NCBI GenBank assembly: GCA_050174015.1
Contig: JBFXKG010000003.1
Coordinates: forward strand, 96,001 to 160,000
DNA from: Candidatus Krumholzibacteriia bacterium
GTDB lineage: Bacteria; Krumholzibacteriota; Krumholzibacteriia; LZORAL124-64-63
DNA: 64,000 bases
Direction of reading: 5' to 3'
Part shown: positions 52,685 through 61,240 of the stretch, one piece after another
How the letters are laid out: every line of letters begins with the position of its first letter
Position numbering within the stretch: position 1 is the first letter of the stretch
The notes under the pieces: model-generated
Databases searched by the model: none
Told to the model about the DNA's origin: nothing
What the model saw: the letters and a program-made list of their open reading frames with translations, nothing else
Position numbers and translations under genes: made by a program

Positions 52685-53331
52685 AGGAGCCTTGCCCGGA
52701 CGTGCGGATGCTTCTGGAAGCCGTGGGGACCGGACCGGATCATCCCTGGGCGGCCCACCTGGCGGCGTGCCCACGTTGCCGCACCCTGGTCAAATCCCGG
52801 GACGCCTTCGCGGCCGACGCCCTGGCGGGGGCCGATTCCGGATTCCCGAAGCAGGACGAGGCCGCGGCCGCCGCGCGCCTGGACGGGTTCGTCGGCGCCC
52901 TGGGCTCCCGCCGTCGGCGTCCCACCTGGCTGCTGCCCGCAGCCGCAGTTTTCCTGGTGGCCGTGGGGATGGGAGCGATCATCTCCCACCTGGGCGGCGG
53001 GGACGGAACCCTTCCCGTCGCACCGGACGCCGGAGAATTGCAGATGCGAGGCGAGGAATGGGCCGCGGAGATCTGGGCCGCTCCCGCCTGGACGGTGGAT
53101 GAAGGCGTCATCGAGTTCACCTGGACGGCCTTCGAGGGTGCGGACGACTACGAACTCGTCGTCCTGGCGCCGGATCTCTCCCCGGCCGTGAGCCTGGAGG
53201 CGGGGAACGCCCTGGAGGTGATGGTCAAGGATCCGGAATTCCTGAGAAGGTACACCGGCGGATACCTGGTGGTGGTGGCCAGGACCGGAACCCGCACCCT
53301 CGCCCGGTCCGCCCCGGCTCACCTGCCCTGA
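52681..53331 (+). CDS. Membrane zinc-finger (zf-HC2/ZAS) anti-sigma factor (module 2)
   Basis: ATGA overlap with the sigma stop; C...HLAACPRC; one TM helix; LQMRGE; short FN3-like beta domain (EFTWTAFEGADDYELVV). Confidence 0.8.
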   Translation: MKEPCPDVRMLLEAVGTGPDHPWAAHLAACPRCRTLVKSRDAFAADALAGADSGFPKQDEAAAAARLDGFVGALGSRRRRPTWLLPAAAVFLVAVGMGAIISHLGGGDGTLPVAPDAGELQMRGEEWAAEIWAAPAWTVDEGVIEFTWTAFEGADDYELVVLAPDLSPAVSLEAGNALEVMVKDPEFLRRYTGGYLVVVARTGTRTLARSAPAHLP

Positions 53332-53362
53332 CGAAAGCCCTCTGGAACCCGGAGTCGAACCC

Positions 53363-54289
53363 ATGATCTACACCGTCACCCTGAATCCCGCCCTCGACCG
53401 GGCCATCACCGTGGACAGCCTTCTGCCCGACGACACCGTCCGGGTGAAGACCGAAACCGACTATGCGGCCGGGAAGGGCATCGACGTCTCCCGGGTGATC
53501 AAGGAGCTCGGAGGCCACAGCGTGGCCCTGGGTCTGGTCGGCGGCTACGATGGCCTGCGTCTGGAGGGACTGCTGCTCAACGCGGGCGTGGTGTCCGACT
53601 TCACCCGGATCGCCGGCGAGACCCGCACCAACATCCTGTTGCGGGAGGAATCCGCGGACAGGCAGTTCGTCATCTCGGCCTCCGGTCCCGATGTTTCCGC
53701 GGCGGAACTCGGGGCCCTCTTCCAGAAGATCCGCGGCCTCGGCGACGCCGGATACCTGATCCTCAGCGGCAGTCTGCCGCGGGGCGTCACCCCCGAGATC
53801 TACGGCCAGCTGATCCTGGCGGGACGCGCACTCGGCGCGGTGACCGTGGTCGATGCGGACGGCGCCGCACTGAAGGAGGCCGTGGCCCATGCGCCCTGCT
53901 GCATCAAACCCAACATCCACGAACTGGAGCGTCTGGTGGACCGGACCCTGGAAACCGAGGCGGAGATCCTCGCCGCCGGGCGCGACCTGCTGGACCGGGG
54001 CCTCGAGCAGGTGCTGGTTTCCCGGGGACGCCAGGGACTCCTGCTGTGCGCGCGGGACGGGGCCCTCAAGGCCCGCGGCCCCGAGATCGAGGCCCAGAGC
54101 ACGGTCGGCGCGGGTGATTCGGCGGTGGCGGGTTTCGTCCTGGCGCGGGCCCGGGGGCTGGATCTCGGCGAATGCCTGCGCTGGTCCTGCGCGGCGGGCG
54201 TGGCCACGGCCATGACGCCGGGCACCGAGCTGTGCCACTGGGAAGATGTCGAGAGGATCCTTCCGCAGATCGAGGTGACCGAGCTGTAG
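53363..54289 (+). CDS. pfkB: 1-phosphofructokinase family hexose kinase (PfkB family)
   Basis: MIYTVTLNPALD, AGKGIDVSRV, LSGSLPRG, IKPNIHEL and STVGAGDS. Confidence 0.9.
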   Translation: MIYTVTLNPALDRAITVDSLLPDDTVRVKTETDYAAGKGIDVSRVIKELGGHSVALGLVGGYDGLRLEGLLLNAGVVSDFTRIAGETRTNILLREESADRQFVISASGPDVSAAELGALFQKIRGLGDAGYLILSGSLPRGVTPEIYGQLILAGRALGAVTVVDADGAALKEAVAHAPCCIKPNIHELERLVDRTLETEAEILAAGRDLLDRGLEQVLVSRGRQGLLLCARDGALKARGPEIEAQSTVGAGDSAVAGFVLARARGLDLGECLRWSCAAGVATAMTPGTELCHWEDVERILPQIEVTEL

Positions 54290-54344
54290 AGGCTCCGGGC
54301 TGCGCTCGTCTTCCCCGCGCGGGTCCGGTCGGGATCCCCCGCGT

Positions 54345-55151
54345 CTATGACCGCAGCTTGAACGTCACCGGCATTACGACCCACACCTCGACCGGCTTCT
54401 GGTCGATGAGCGCCGGCCGCCACACCGAGGTGCGGGCGCAGTCGTCGGCGGCCAGCTTCAACGCCTCGGGCCCGTCCACGTAGATGACGTCCTTCACCCT
54501 GCCGTCCTTGCCGACCAGCACCTGCACCAGCACCGTCCCCTCCACTCCGGCGGACAGGGCCACCGGGGGATAGACCGGGGCGTCGATGCTGACCCGCACC
54601 GGCTCGGTGTCCACGACGATGAAGTCGGTGGGAGCCGGGGAGGTGTCGATGTCCACGTCGATGACCAGCGAGTCGCCGACGCCGTCGCCGGAGCCGCCGA
54701 GATCCGACAGGTCGATGGGCGGCAGGGCCTCGACCATCTCGGTCTGGGTGGCGATGGTCTGGACCTGGGCCTTCTCGTCGGCCACCGGTTCGGGCACGGC
54801 GATGGTCGGCGGGGGCGCAGCTACCTTGGCCACGGCCTCGGCCACGTTGATCTGGGGCACGGTCGGCCGGGCGATGGACGGCGGAACGCCGAGGTCGGTG
54901 TAACGGACGATCTTGACCTGGCGGGCCACCGGACGCGGCGGCGGCTGACGGTTCGACCACCACAGCCAGGTCCCGAAGGCGATCGCCGCCAGCAGCAAGG
55001 TCAGGAGGTTGGCCCAGCCCAGCCACCGGGCCAGCTCCCGGCGCAGGGGGTGCCGGTCCCCGGTCAGGGGCAGGCGGGGGGCGTCCTCGAGGGAATAGGC
55101 CCAGGGGATGTGGCGCACGTCCGGGGCACGGTCCGTCCTGGCCGCGTTCAT
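54345..55151 (-). CDS. tonB: TonB family energy transducer
   Basis: ATG 55151 overlapping the exbD stop; TM helix, Pro-rich linker, PVYPPVALSAGVEGTVLVQVLVGKDGRV C-domain. Confidence 0.88.
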   Translation of the reverse strand: MNAARTDRAPDVRHIPWAYSLEDAPRLPLTGDRHPLRRELARWLGWANLLTLLLAAIAFGTWLWWSNRQPPPRPVARQVKIVRYTDLGVPPSIARPTVPQINVAEAVAKVAAPPPTIAVPEPVADEKAQVQTIATQTEMVEALPPIDLSDLGGSGDGVGDSLVIDVDIDTSPAPTDFIVVDTEPVRVSIDAPVYPPVALSAGVEGTVLVQVLVGKDGRVKDVIYVDGPEALKLAADDCARTSVWRPALIDQKPVEVWVVMPVTFKLRS

Positions 55152-55651
55152 CGCGCCTCCTCCAGGGTCTGCTCGTCGCTTTCCTTCATGGGGATCAGGC
55201 TGAACCGTTCCATCCCCGCATCCTCCAGCAGGTCCATCATGTCCACCATGGGCTCGTAGCGCGCCTCGCGGTGGATCTTGACCAGGATGATCAGGTTGGG
55301 ATTCGCGGCCGATGCCGACTCCAGGTTGGGCCTCAGGTCCGGCCAGGCGAGGGGCTCGATGCCGCCCTTGCCCAGCTTGACGAACAGGGATTCGTTCTCG
55401 TCCACGTAGACGGTCATCACGTTGGATTCGGGCACCTCGACGCTGGCGCCCGGCTCGGGCAGGTTCACCTCCATGGCCAGCGGGCGCCGGAACACCGTGG
55501 TGACCATGAAGAAGATGAGCAACAGGAACGCCACGTCGACCATGGGCGTCATGTCGATGCGGACGCCGACGCGCTTCTTCTTCGCGCGTCCGAGAACGCC
55601 CTTGCCGGGGGCGGCGGGTTGTCCCGTATCGGGTGCGGCTACGTCGGCCAT
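55148..55651 (-). CDS. exbD: Biopolymer transporter ExbD
   Basis: RIDMTPMVDVAFLLLIFFM; ARYEPMVDMMD. Confidence 0.92.
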   Translation of the reverse strand: MADVAAPDTGQPAAPGKGVLGRAKKKRVGVRIDMTPMVDVAFLLLIFFMVTTVFRRPLAMEVNLPEPGASVEVPESNVMTVYVDENESLFVKLGKGGIEPLAWPDLRPNLESASAANPNLIILVKIHREARYEPMVDMMDLLEDAGMERFSLIPMKESDEQTLEEAR

Positions 55652-55660
55652 CTCGGGCTC

Positions 55661-56113
55661 CTAATCCCCGGGGGCCGCAGGGGCGGCCTCGTCGCGCGGG
55701 GTGCGTTTCTTGAGATCGGTCATCAGGTTGAAGCGCAGGGTCTTCGCCTGGGCCAGGGCGTCCATCAGGTCGGCCATGGCGCCGAACGAGGCGTCGCGGT
55801 CGCCCTTGACCACGACCACGGCCGAGGGATTGCGCCCCCGCCAGTTGACGATGGCCTCCAGCATGTTGTCCGGGGCCAGGGCCTGGATGTCCCGGCCGGT
55901 CTCGCTGGAGATGAACACCTGGCCGGTCTCGTTGACCGTCAGGATGATCGTGCCCGTCTCGGGGACGTGGATCTCCGAGCTGGACAGCGGCAGGTTCACG
56001 GCCACCTGTTCGGGCGGCTTGAACTGGGTGGTGGACATGAAGAAGATCAGCAACAGGAACGCCACGTCCACCATGGGCGTCATGTCGATCCTGACCTTGT
56101 TGCGTCTCGTCAC
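55661..56113 (-). CDS. exbD: Biopolymer transporter ExbD
   Basis: RIDMTPMVDVAFLLLIFFM; KGDRDASFG. Confidence 0.92.
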   Translation of the reverse strand: MTRRNKVRIDMTPMVDVAFLLLIFFMSTTQFKPPEQVAVNLPLSSSEIHVPETGTIILTVNETGQVFISSETGRDIQALAPDNMLEAIVNWRGRNPSAVVVVKGDRDASFGAMADLMDALAQAKTLRFNLMTDLKKRTPRDEAAPAAPGD

Positions 56114-56125
56114 GGCCGGCGCTCC

Positions 56126-56833
56126 TTACCTGGTCTCCAGCAGCTGGAGGACCTCGTACGAGGTCTCCTCGACCCGGTTGTTGAAGGTGTCCACCTTGGT
56201 CGTGAAGTAGTTGTAGAGCACCGTCGCCAGGATGGCGGTGGTCAGTCCGAGGGCGGTGTTCACCAGGGCCTCGCTGATGCCCAGCGCGAGCTGGGTGGCG
56301 TCGGGCGCGCCGGCGCGCGACATGGCGTGGAAGGACCGGATCATGCCGATCGTGGTCCCGAGCAGGCCGAGCATGGTGGCGATCGACGCGATCGTCGACA
56401 GCGCGTTGAGGTTCTGCTCGAGGTTGGGGCTCTCCAGGGCGTTGGCTTCCTGCAGGGCGCGCCGGGTCTCGTCCATGAGGTCCTTCTTCTGGTGACCTTC
56501 GGCCTTGCGGCGCTTGAAGATCTCCAGGCCGGCGCCGATGACGTTGGCCAGACTCCCTCCCTGCCCCTTGCAGGCCTCGATGGCGGAGTCCAGCTCGCCG
56601 GCGTGGACCGCATGCTTGAGGGTCTTGACGAAGCCGGGCACGCTGCCGCGGCCGCCCGCCCGCCACAGGACGATGAACCGTTCGATGGCGAAGGTCAGCG
56701 TCAGGAAGAAGAACGTCAGCCCGAGCACCAGCAGGGGACCTCCCTGGTGGATGTACTCCGGGGAGTTCTGCCAGATGAAGTACGAGGCGACGATCGAGGC
56801 GAGGGTGATGGGTATGAGCACGTAGCTTTTCAT
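56126..56833 (-). CDS. exbB: MotA/TolQ/ExbB proton channel protein
   Basis: LGLLGTTIGMIRSF and GISEALVNTALGL. Confidence 0.92.
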   Translation of the reverse strand: MKSYVLIPITLASIVASYFIWQNSPEYIHQGGPLLVLGLTFFFLTLTFAIERFIVLWRAGGRGSVPGFVKTLKHAVHAGELDSAIEACKGQGGSLANVIGAGLEIFKRRKAEGHQKKDLMDETRRALQEANALESPNLEQNLNALSTIASIATMLGLLGTTIGMIRSFHAMSRAGAPDATQLALGISEALVNTALGLTTAILATVLYNYFTTKVDTFNNRVEETSYEVLQLLETR

Positions 56834-56835
56834 CT

Positions 56836-58725
56836 TTACTGGTTTTCCTTTCCTGCGTTCCTGGCCTGGGTCAGAAGAGCGGATCCGGTTTCGAGCATGG
56901 GATTGCGGGGGTCGATGGCGCGGGCCTTCGCGTAGGCCGCCTCGGCCGCATCGAGGTCGCCCTGGCCGAGGCGGGCGCTGCCCAGCCCCGCCCAGCCGTC
57001 GGCGTTGCCGGGTTCGGCCTTTGCCGCCTCGGCATAGGCGGTTGCGGCTGCGGCGTAGTCCGCCTTCCTCAGCCTGCAGAACCCCACCCCGCGCAGGGCC
57101 TTGGCGTTCTGCGGTTCCTGGTCGAGGACGGTGCGGTATTCCCGTTCGGCGGCGGCGAGGGAATCGGTGGCCGCCAGGCCCTGGGCCAGCAGCAGGCGGG
57201 CCATGGTCAGGTCCCCGCGCAGGTCGACGGCCCGGCGGAAGGCGGGCACGGCCGCGGCCACGTCCCCGGCCTGGTAGCGGGCGATGCCCAGGTTGAGATG
57301 GTTGGCGGCGCCCTCGGGATCCAGTTCCACCGCCCGGCCGAACGCTGCGGCGGCGGCCTCGGGTTGCCCCCGGCGCAGCTCGAGCAGGCCCCGCTGGAAC
57401 GGGACCCGGGCCAGGGCGGGGTCCATCCGGGCCGCCCGGTCCAGGGTGGCTTCGGCCCCGGCGAAGTCCTTCCTCTCGGTTTGCCAGGCGGCCAGATCGA
57501 CCAGATCGGGGACGTGCCAGGGCAGGGAGTCGGGCAGGTCCGTCATCATCGCCGCGGCCTCGGCGCGATCCCCGTCCCCGGGGGCGCGGATCCCCGCGCG
57601 GACGAAGGCGAACCGGGCCCGGGGGTCGTCCGGGGCCAGACGCAGGGCCTCGCGGGCCGCGGCCAGGGATTCCCCGGTCCGGCCCAGCTCGAGGAAGGCG
57701 TCGGCCAGGTCGAGCCGGGTCGCCAGGTCGTCCGGCTGCAGGTCCGCCAGGCGGAGCAGGACGCCGGCGGCCTGGTCGAACCGCTTGGCGCGCACGAACA
57801 GGTCCGCCAGGCCGGCCAGGGCGGGCACGAAGGTGGAATCGGCCGCCACGGCCTGCAGGTAGCGGTCCCGGGCCTCGTTGAAGCGGTTCTGGTCCTCGTA
57901 GAGCCGGCCCAGGCGGTGAAGATCCGCGGCGCGCGGGATGGCGCCGGGAACGGCCAGGGCCTCCTCGTAGGCGGGGACGGCCAGGGCGGGGATGCCCTCG
58001 GCGAGGTAGATCTCGGCGGCCAGGAAGCCGTGGGCCGGGTCGGCCGGATTGAGGTGGCGGGCCTTGAGAGCCGCCTGCTCGGCGCCCGCAAGGTCTCCGG
58101 TTCCCATGAGGTACAGGGCCAGGGCGTGCTGGTACTGGTCTTCGCCCTGGTCCAGGCCCTCGAGCTTCGCGCCCCGGTCCAGGTGCGGGCGCGCCTCGTC
58201 CCAGCGACCGGCTGACATCAGCCGCAGGGCTGTTCCGTAGTGTGCGGCCCAGACCTGGGGGTCCTCGGCGAGGGCCTGGGCGAACTCGCGGTCGGCCTCC
58301 TCCCCGCGGCCCTGGGCCAGCAGGGCCAGGCCGAGGCCTGCCCTGGCGTCGGCGAAAAGTCCCCCGGAGGCGGCCAGGGCCTGGCGGCAGCGGGCTTCGG
58401 CGGCTTCGGCGTCACCGCGGCCGAGGTCCAGCCGGGCCAGGCCCCACAGGGCGTCGGGGAGGCGGTGGCCTGCGGCCACGGCCTCGGAGTAGAGTTCGCG
58501 GGCGCGGTCCAGGTCGCCCTGGGCGAAGGCCCGGTTGCCCTGCCGCAGGGGGTCGTTGTCCAGGGTGTACTGCGGCCGGTCGGCGGCCGCGGAGTCGGAG
58601 ACCTGGATCACCGGCAGGGCCAGGGTGAGCAAGGCCAGGGGGATCAGAAAGGGACCCGCCGATCGGCGGCGTCGGAAGGCCGCCGGGACGCCGGCCTGGC
58701 CGGTCCTGAGGAATCGCGGTTTCAT
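56836..58725 (-). CDS. Exported TPR-repeat protein
   Basis: ATG 58725 after GAGGGAGGAG; signal peptide; continuous TPR array. Confidence 0.85.
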   Translation of the reverse strand: MKPRFLRTGQAGVPAAFRRRRSAGPFLIPLALLTLALPVIQVSDSAAADRPQYTLDNDPLRQGNRAFAQGDLDRARELYSEAVAAGHRLPDALWGLARLDLGRGDAEAAEARCRQALAASGGLFADARAGLGLALLAQGRGEEADREFAQALAEDPQVWAAHYGTALRLMSAGRWDEARPHLDRGAKLEGLDQGEDQYQHALALYLMGTGDLAGAEQAALKARHLNPADPAHGFLAAEIYLAEGIPALAVPAYEEALAVPGAIPRAADLHRLGRLYEDQNRFNEARDRYLQAVAADSTFVPALAGLADLFVRAKRFDQAAGVLLRLADLQPDDLATRLDLADAFLELGRTGESLAAAREALRLAPDDPRARFAFVRAGIRAPGDGDRAEAAAMMTDLPDSLPWHVPDLVDLAAWQTERKDFAGAEATLDRAARMDPALARVPFQRGLLELRRGQPEAAAAAFGRAVELDPEGAANHLNLGIARYQAGDVAAAVPAFRRAVDLRGDLTMARLLLAQGLAATDSLAAAEREYRTVLDQEPQNAKALRGVGFCRLRKADYAAAATAYAEAAKAEPGNADGWAGLGSARLGQGDLDAAEAAYAKARAIDPRNPMLETGSALLTQARNAGKENQ

Positions 58726-58735
58726 GGCTCCTCCC

Positions 58736-59707
58736 TCATTCTCCCACCGGGTCGCGGCTGAGGTGGATCTCCCGCAGGATCTGCCGCGCGGGGACGACGC
58801 CCGCCCTCTCGACCTGGCGCAGGCCGCGGGCGCTGGCCAGGTGGGTGACGAACCGTCCACCCTGGCGCCCGCCGGTATCCAGGCACGCAGCATACAAGAG
58901 ATGATGCAGGGGATAGGTTCCGGTCGCCACCGTCTCGTAGGCCGGCGCGGCCGCGGCGCTGTCCGGTCCCGCCTGCATCGGCAGGAACTTCAGTCCGTCC
59001 GGGGCTCCCTCGCCGGGGTCGCGGGACAGGGCCAGACCGCTGACCAGGCACCAGGCACCCGGCAGGCCGGCCGCTCCAGTGTCCCGGACGGCGGCCAGCA
59101 CGGCGTCCGGACCCGCAAGGAACACCACCGGCGAACCCGCGGGGGGCAGGTCCCCGGGCAGGCCCAGGCCCGACCGCACCGCATCCCACAACCCCTCGTT
59201 GGGGTCGGGCAGGTAGACGGGCCCTGCCGGCCCGGGCGTGCGGCCCGCCAGGATCCCGGCCAGGCCGGCCGGAGTCAGGGGGTCGGTTCGATCCCCCTCG
59301 GCGGCCAGCACCAGGACGGCCCCCACGGCGACGGGAGTGACCACGGCGGTGTCGCCGGCGGTCTCGCGGAACAGGTCCTGTTCGGCGGGGGTGGGAGGCC
59401 GGTAGAGGAAGGCCACGTCCACGCGCCCGTTGATCAGGTCCTCCAGGGCCTGGTTGGTCCCCCCGGATCGTACCTCGAGGGCCAGGTCGGGATAGTCCTG
59501 CCGGTAGCCCGCCAGCAGCCGGTCGATGAGCCGTGGCGCCAGATCGCGGCCGCCGACCCTCAGGAGGGGATCCTCCTGCTCGGCCTGCCGGAACGTCCCG
59601 GCCAGCCGCCGCCAGGGGATCTCGCCCCGATTGACCAGCAGGATCGCGATGACCACCAGGTAGATGATCATCCGGACGAGGAACCAGGTCCTGCGGCGCG
59701 ACGGCAT
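58736..59707 (-). CDS. Membrane-anchored PstS-like (PBP2 fold) substrate-binding domain protein
   Basis: N-terminal TM; YRQDYPDLALEVRSGGTNQALEDL..GRVDVAF and TGTYPLHHLLY resemble the PstS/PBP_like_2 fold; alternative GTG at 59713. Confidence 0.75.
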   Translation of the reverse strand: MPSRRRTWFLVRMIIYLVVIAILLVNRGEIPWRRLAGTFRQAEQEDPLLRVGGRDLAPRLIDRLLAGYRQDYPDLALEVRSGGTNQALEDLINGRVDVAFLYRPPTPAEQDLFRETAGDTAVVTPVAVGAVLVLAAEGDRTDPLTPAGLAGILAGRTPGPAGPVYLPDPNEGLWDAVRSGLGLPGDLPPAGSPVVFLAGPDAVLAAVRDTGAAGLPGAWCLVSGLALSRDPGEGAPDGLKFLPMQAGPDSAAAAPAYETVATGTYPLHHLLYAACLDTGGRQGGRFVTHLASARGLRQVERAGVVPARQILREIHLSRDPVGE

Positions 59708-59722
59708 GGGCACCGATTTCTG

Positions 59723-59751
59723 TTGCGTCGGGGGCCGGGGGGGCCAATAAT
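59723..59751 (+). promoter_or_regulatory. Putative sigma70 promoter giving a (near-)leaderless transcript
   Basis: TTGCGT-N17-AATAAT, 7 nt before ATG 59759; no SD sequence. Confidence 0.5.
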
Positions 59752-59758
59752 GCCACCC

Positions 59759-61240
59759 ATGACCAGCCGAACGGTGAATTCCGCGATCCTGTCCGTCCTC
59801 CGGGGCCTCCCTGCTCCCGGGGCCTTCGTCCTGCTCGCCGCCGTCTCAGTCGGCCTTTGCGGGTGCGGTCCGGAGCGCCGGGACAGCGAGGCCGCTTTTT
59901 CAGGCCCGGTCGATGAAACCGCTTTCATCGACGATCTGCAAGAACGTACTTTCCACTATTTCTGGGAGCTGTGCAACCCCCAAACCGGACTCGCACCCGA
60001 CCGCGCCCCCTCCCCGTCCTTCGCCAGTGTCAGCGCAACAGGTTTTGCTTTAACATCTTACGCCATCGGTGCGGAGCGGGGCTGGGTCACTCGGGAAAGC
60101 GCGGCCCGCCGGGTCCTGCGCACCCTGCGGTTCTTCCGGGAAGCCCGGCAGGATTCCACGCCCAGGGCCTCCGGCTACCACGGATTCTACTATCACTTCC
60201 TCGATCCGGACACCGGCGAGCGGTTCGGCAACGTGGAGCTGTCCACCGTGGACACCGCCCTGCTGCTGGCCGGGGCCCTGTTCTGCCAGAGCTATTTCGA
60301 TGGGTCGGACGCGGTGGAGGACAGCATCCGCACGGCCGCCGAGGAGCTGTACCTGGCCGCCGACTGGACCTGGGCCTCGGTCCGTCCCCCCTTGATCGGC
60401 CACGGCTGGACCCCCGAGAACGGCCACCTGCCCTACGACTGGGGCGGGTACAACGAGGCCGCCCTGGTCTACATCATGGCCCTGGGCTCGCCTACCCATC
60501 CGGTGTCCCCCGATGCCTGGACGGCCTGGACGGCGGGTTACCGCTGGGGCGGCCCGGCCGGCAACGAGCACGTGGGCTTCGCGCCCCTGTTCGGCCACCA
60601 GTACACCCACGTGTGGATCGACCTGAGGGGCATCCGCGACGGGTTCATGCGGGACCACGACCTCGACTACTTCGAGAACAGCCGGCGCGCCCTGCTATTC
60701 CAGCATGAATACGCCCTGGCCAATCCCGAGGGGTGGACGGGCTATGGTCCGCGCCTGTGGGGGCTGACCGCCTGCGACGGTCCCGTGTCCGGCACGTTCA
60801 CCATCGACGGACGGGAGCGCACCTTCCAGACCTACTGGGCGCGGGGGGCGTCCCTCACGACCGTCCATGACGACGGGACGGTGTGCCCCTCGGCTCTGGG
60901 CGGATCGGTGCCTTTCGCTCCCGACCTGGTCATTCCCGCCCTGATGGCGATGGCCGAGGACCACGGCGACTTCATCTACGGACGGTACGGTTTCCTCGAC
61001 GCCCTCAACCCCTCCTTCACGCTCGACGTGCCGGTGCAGCACGGCCGGGTCGTCCCCGGGGTCGGCTGGTACGACACCGACTACCTGGGCATCGACCAGG
61101 GTCCCATCGTGGCCATGATCGAGAACCATCGCAGCGAACTGGTGTGGCGCGTCATGCGCGGCAATCCCCACATCGTGAGCGGCCTGCGGGCCGCGGGGTT
61201 CACGGGCGGCTGGCTCGACGCGGCCGCGGAGGAACGATGA
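59759..61240 (+). CDS. Glucoamylase-family/DUF3131 lipoprotein (GH144-like, probable endo-beta-1,2-glucanase)
   Basis: LQERTFHYFWE, SVSATGFALT, ELSTVDTALL, PLFGHQY, WGLTACDGP and YLGIDQGPI motifs; lipobox GLCG-C; alternative ATG at 59750. Confidence 0.8.
   Translation: MTSRTVNSAILSVLRGLPAPGAFVLLAAVSVGLCGCGPERRDSEAAFSGPVDETAFIDDLQERTFHYFWELCNPQTGLAPDRAPSPSFASVSATGFALTSYAIGAERGWVTRESAARRVLRTLRFFREARQDSTPRASGYHGFYYHFLDPDTGERFGNVELSTVDTALLLAGALFCQSYFDGSDAVEDSIRTAAEELYLAADWTWASVRPPLIGHGWTPENGHLPYDWGGYNEAALVYIMALGSPTHPVSPDAWTAWTAGYRWGGPAGNEHVGFAPLFGHQYTHVWIDLRGIRDGFMRDHDLDYFENSRRALLFQHEYALANPEGWTGYGPRLWGLTACDGPVSGTFTIDGRERTFQTYWARGASLTTVHDDGTVCPSALGGSVPFAPDLVIPALMAMAEDHGDFIYGRYGFLDALNPSFTLDVPVQHGRVVPGVGWYDTDYLGIDQGPIVAMIENHRSELVWRVMRGNPHIVSGLRAAGFTGGWLDAAAEER

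Noticed and set aside
55152..56666. 773-aa TonB ORF
   Set aside because: The upstream portion overlaps exbB/exbD in another frame; TonB starts at 55151.
58736..59707. Phosphate ABC transporter (pstS)
   Set aside because: No pstC/A/B nearby and the sequence is divergent; annotated only as PBP-fold.
58535..59749. 901-aa version of the glucoamylase-family protein
   Set aside because: The 5' part is antisense to the PstS-like and TPR genes.
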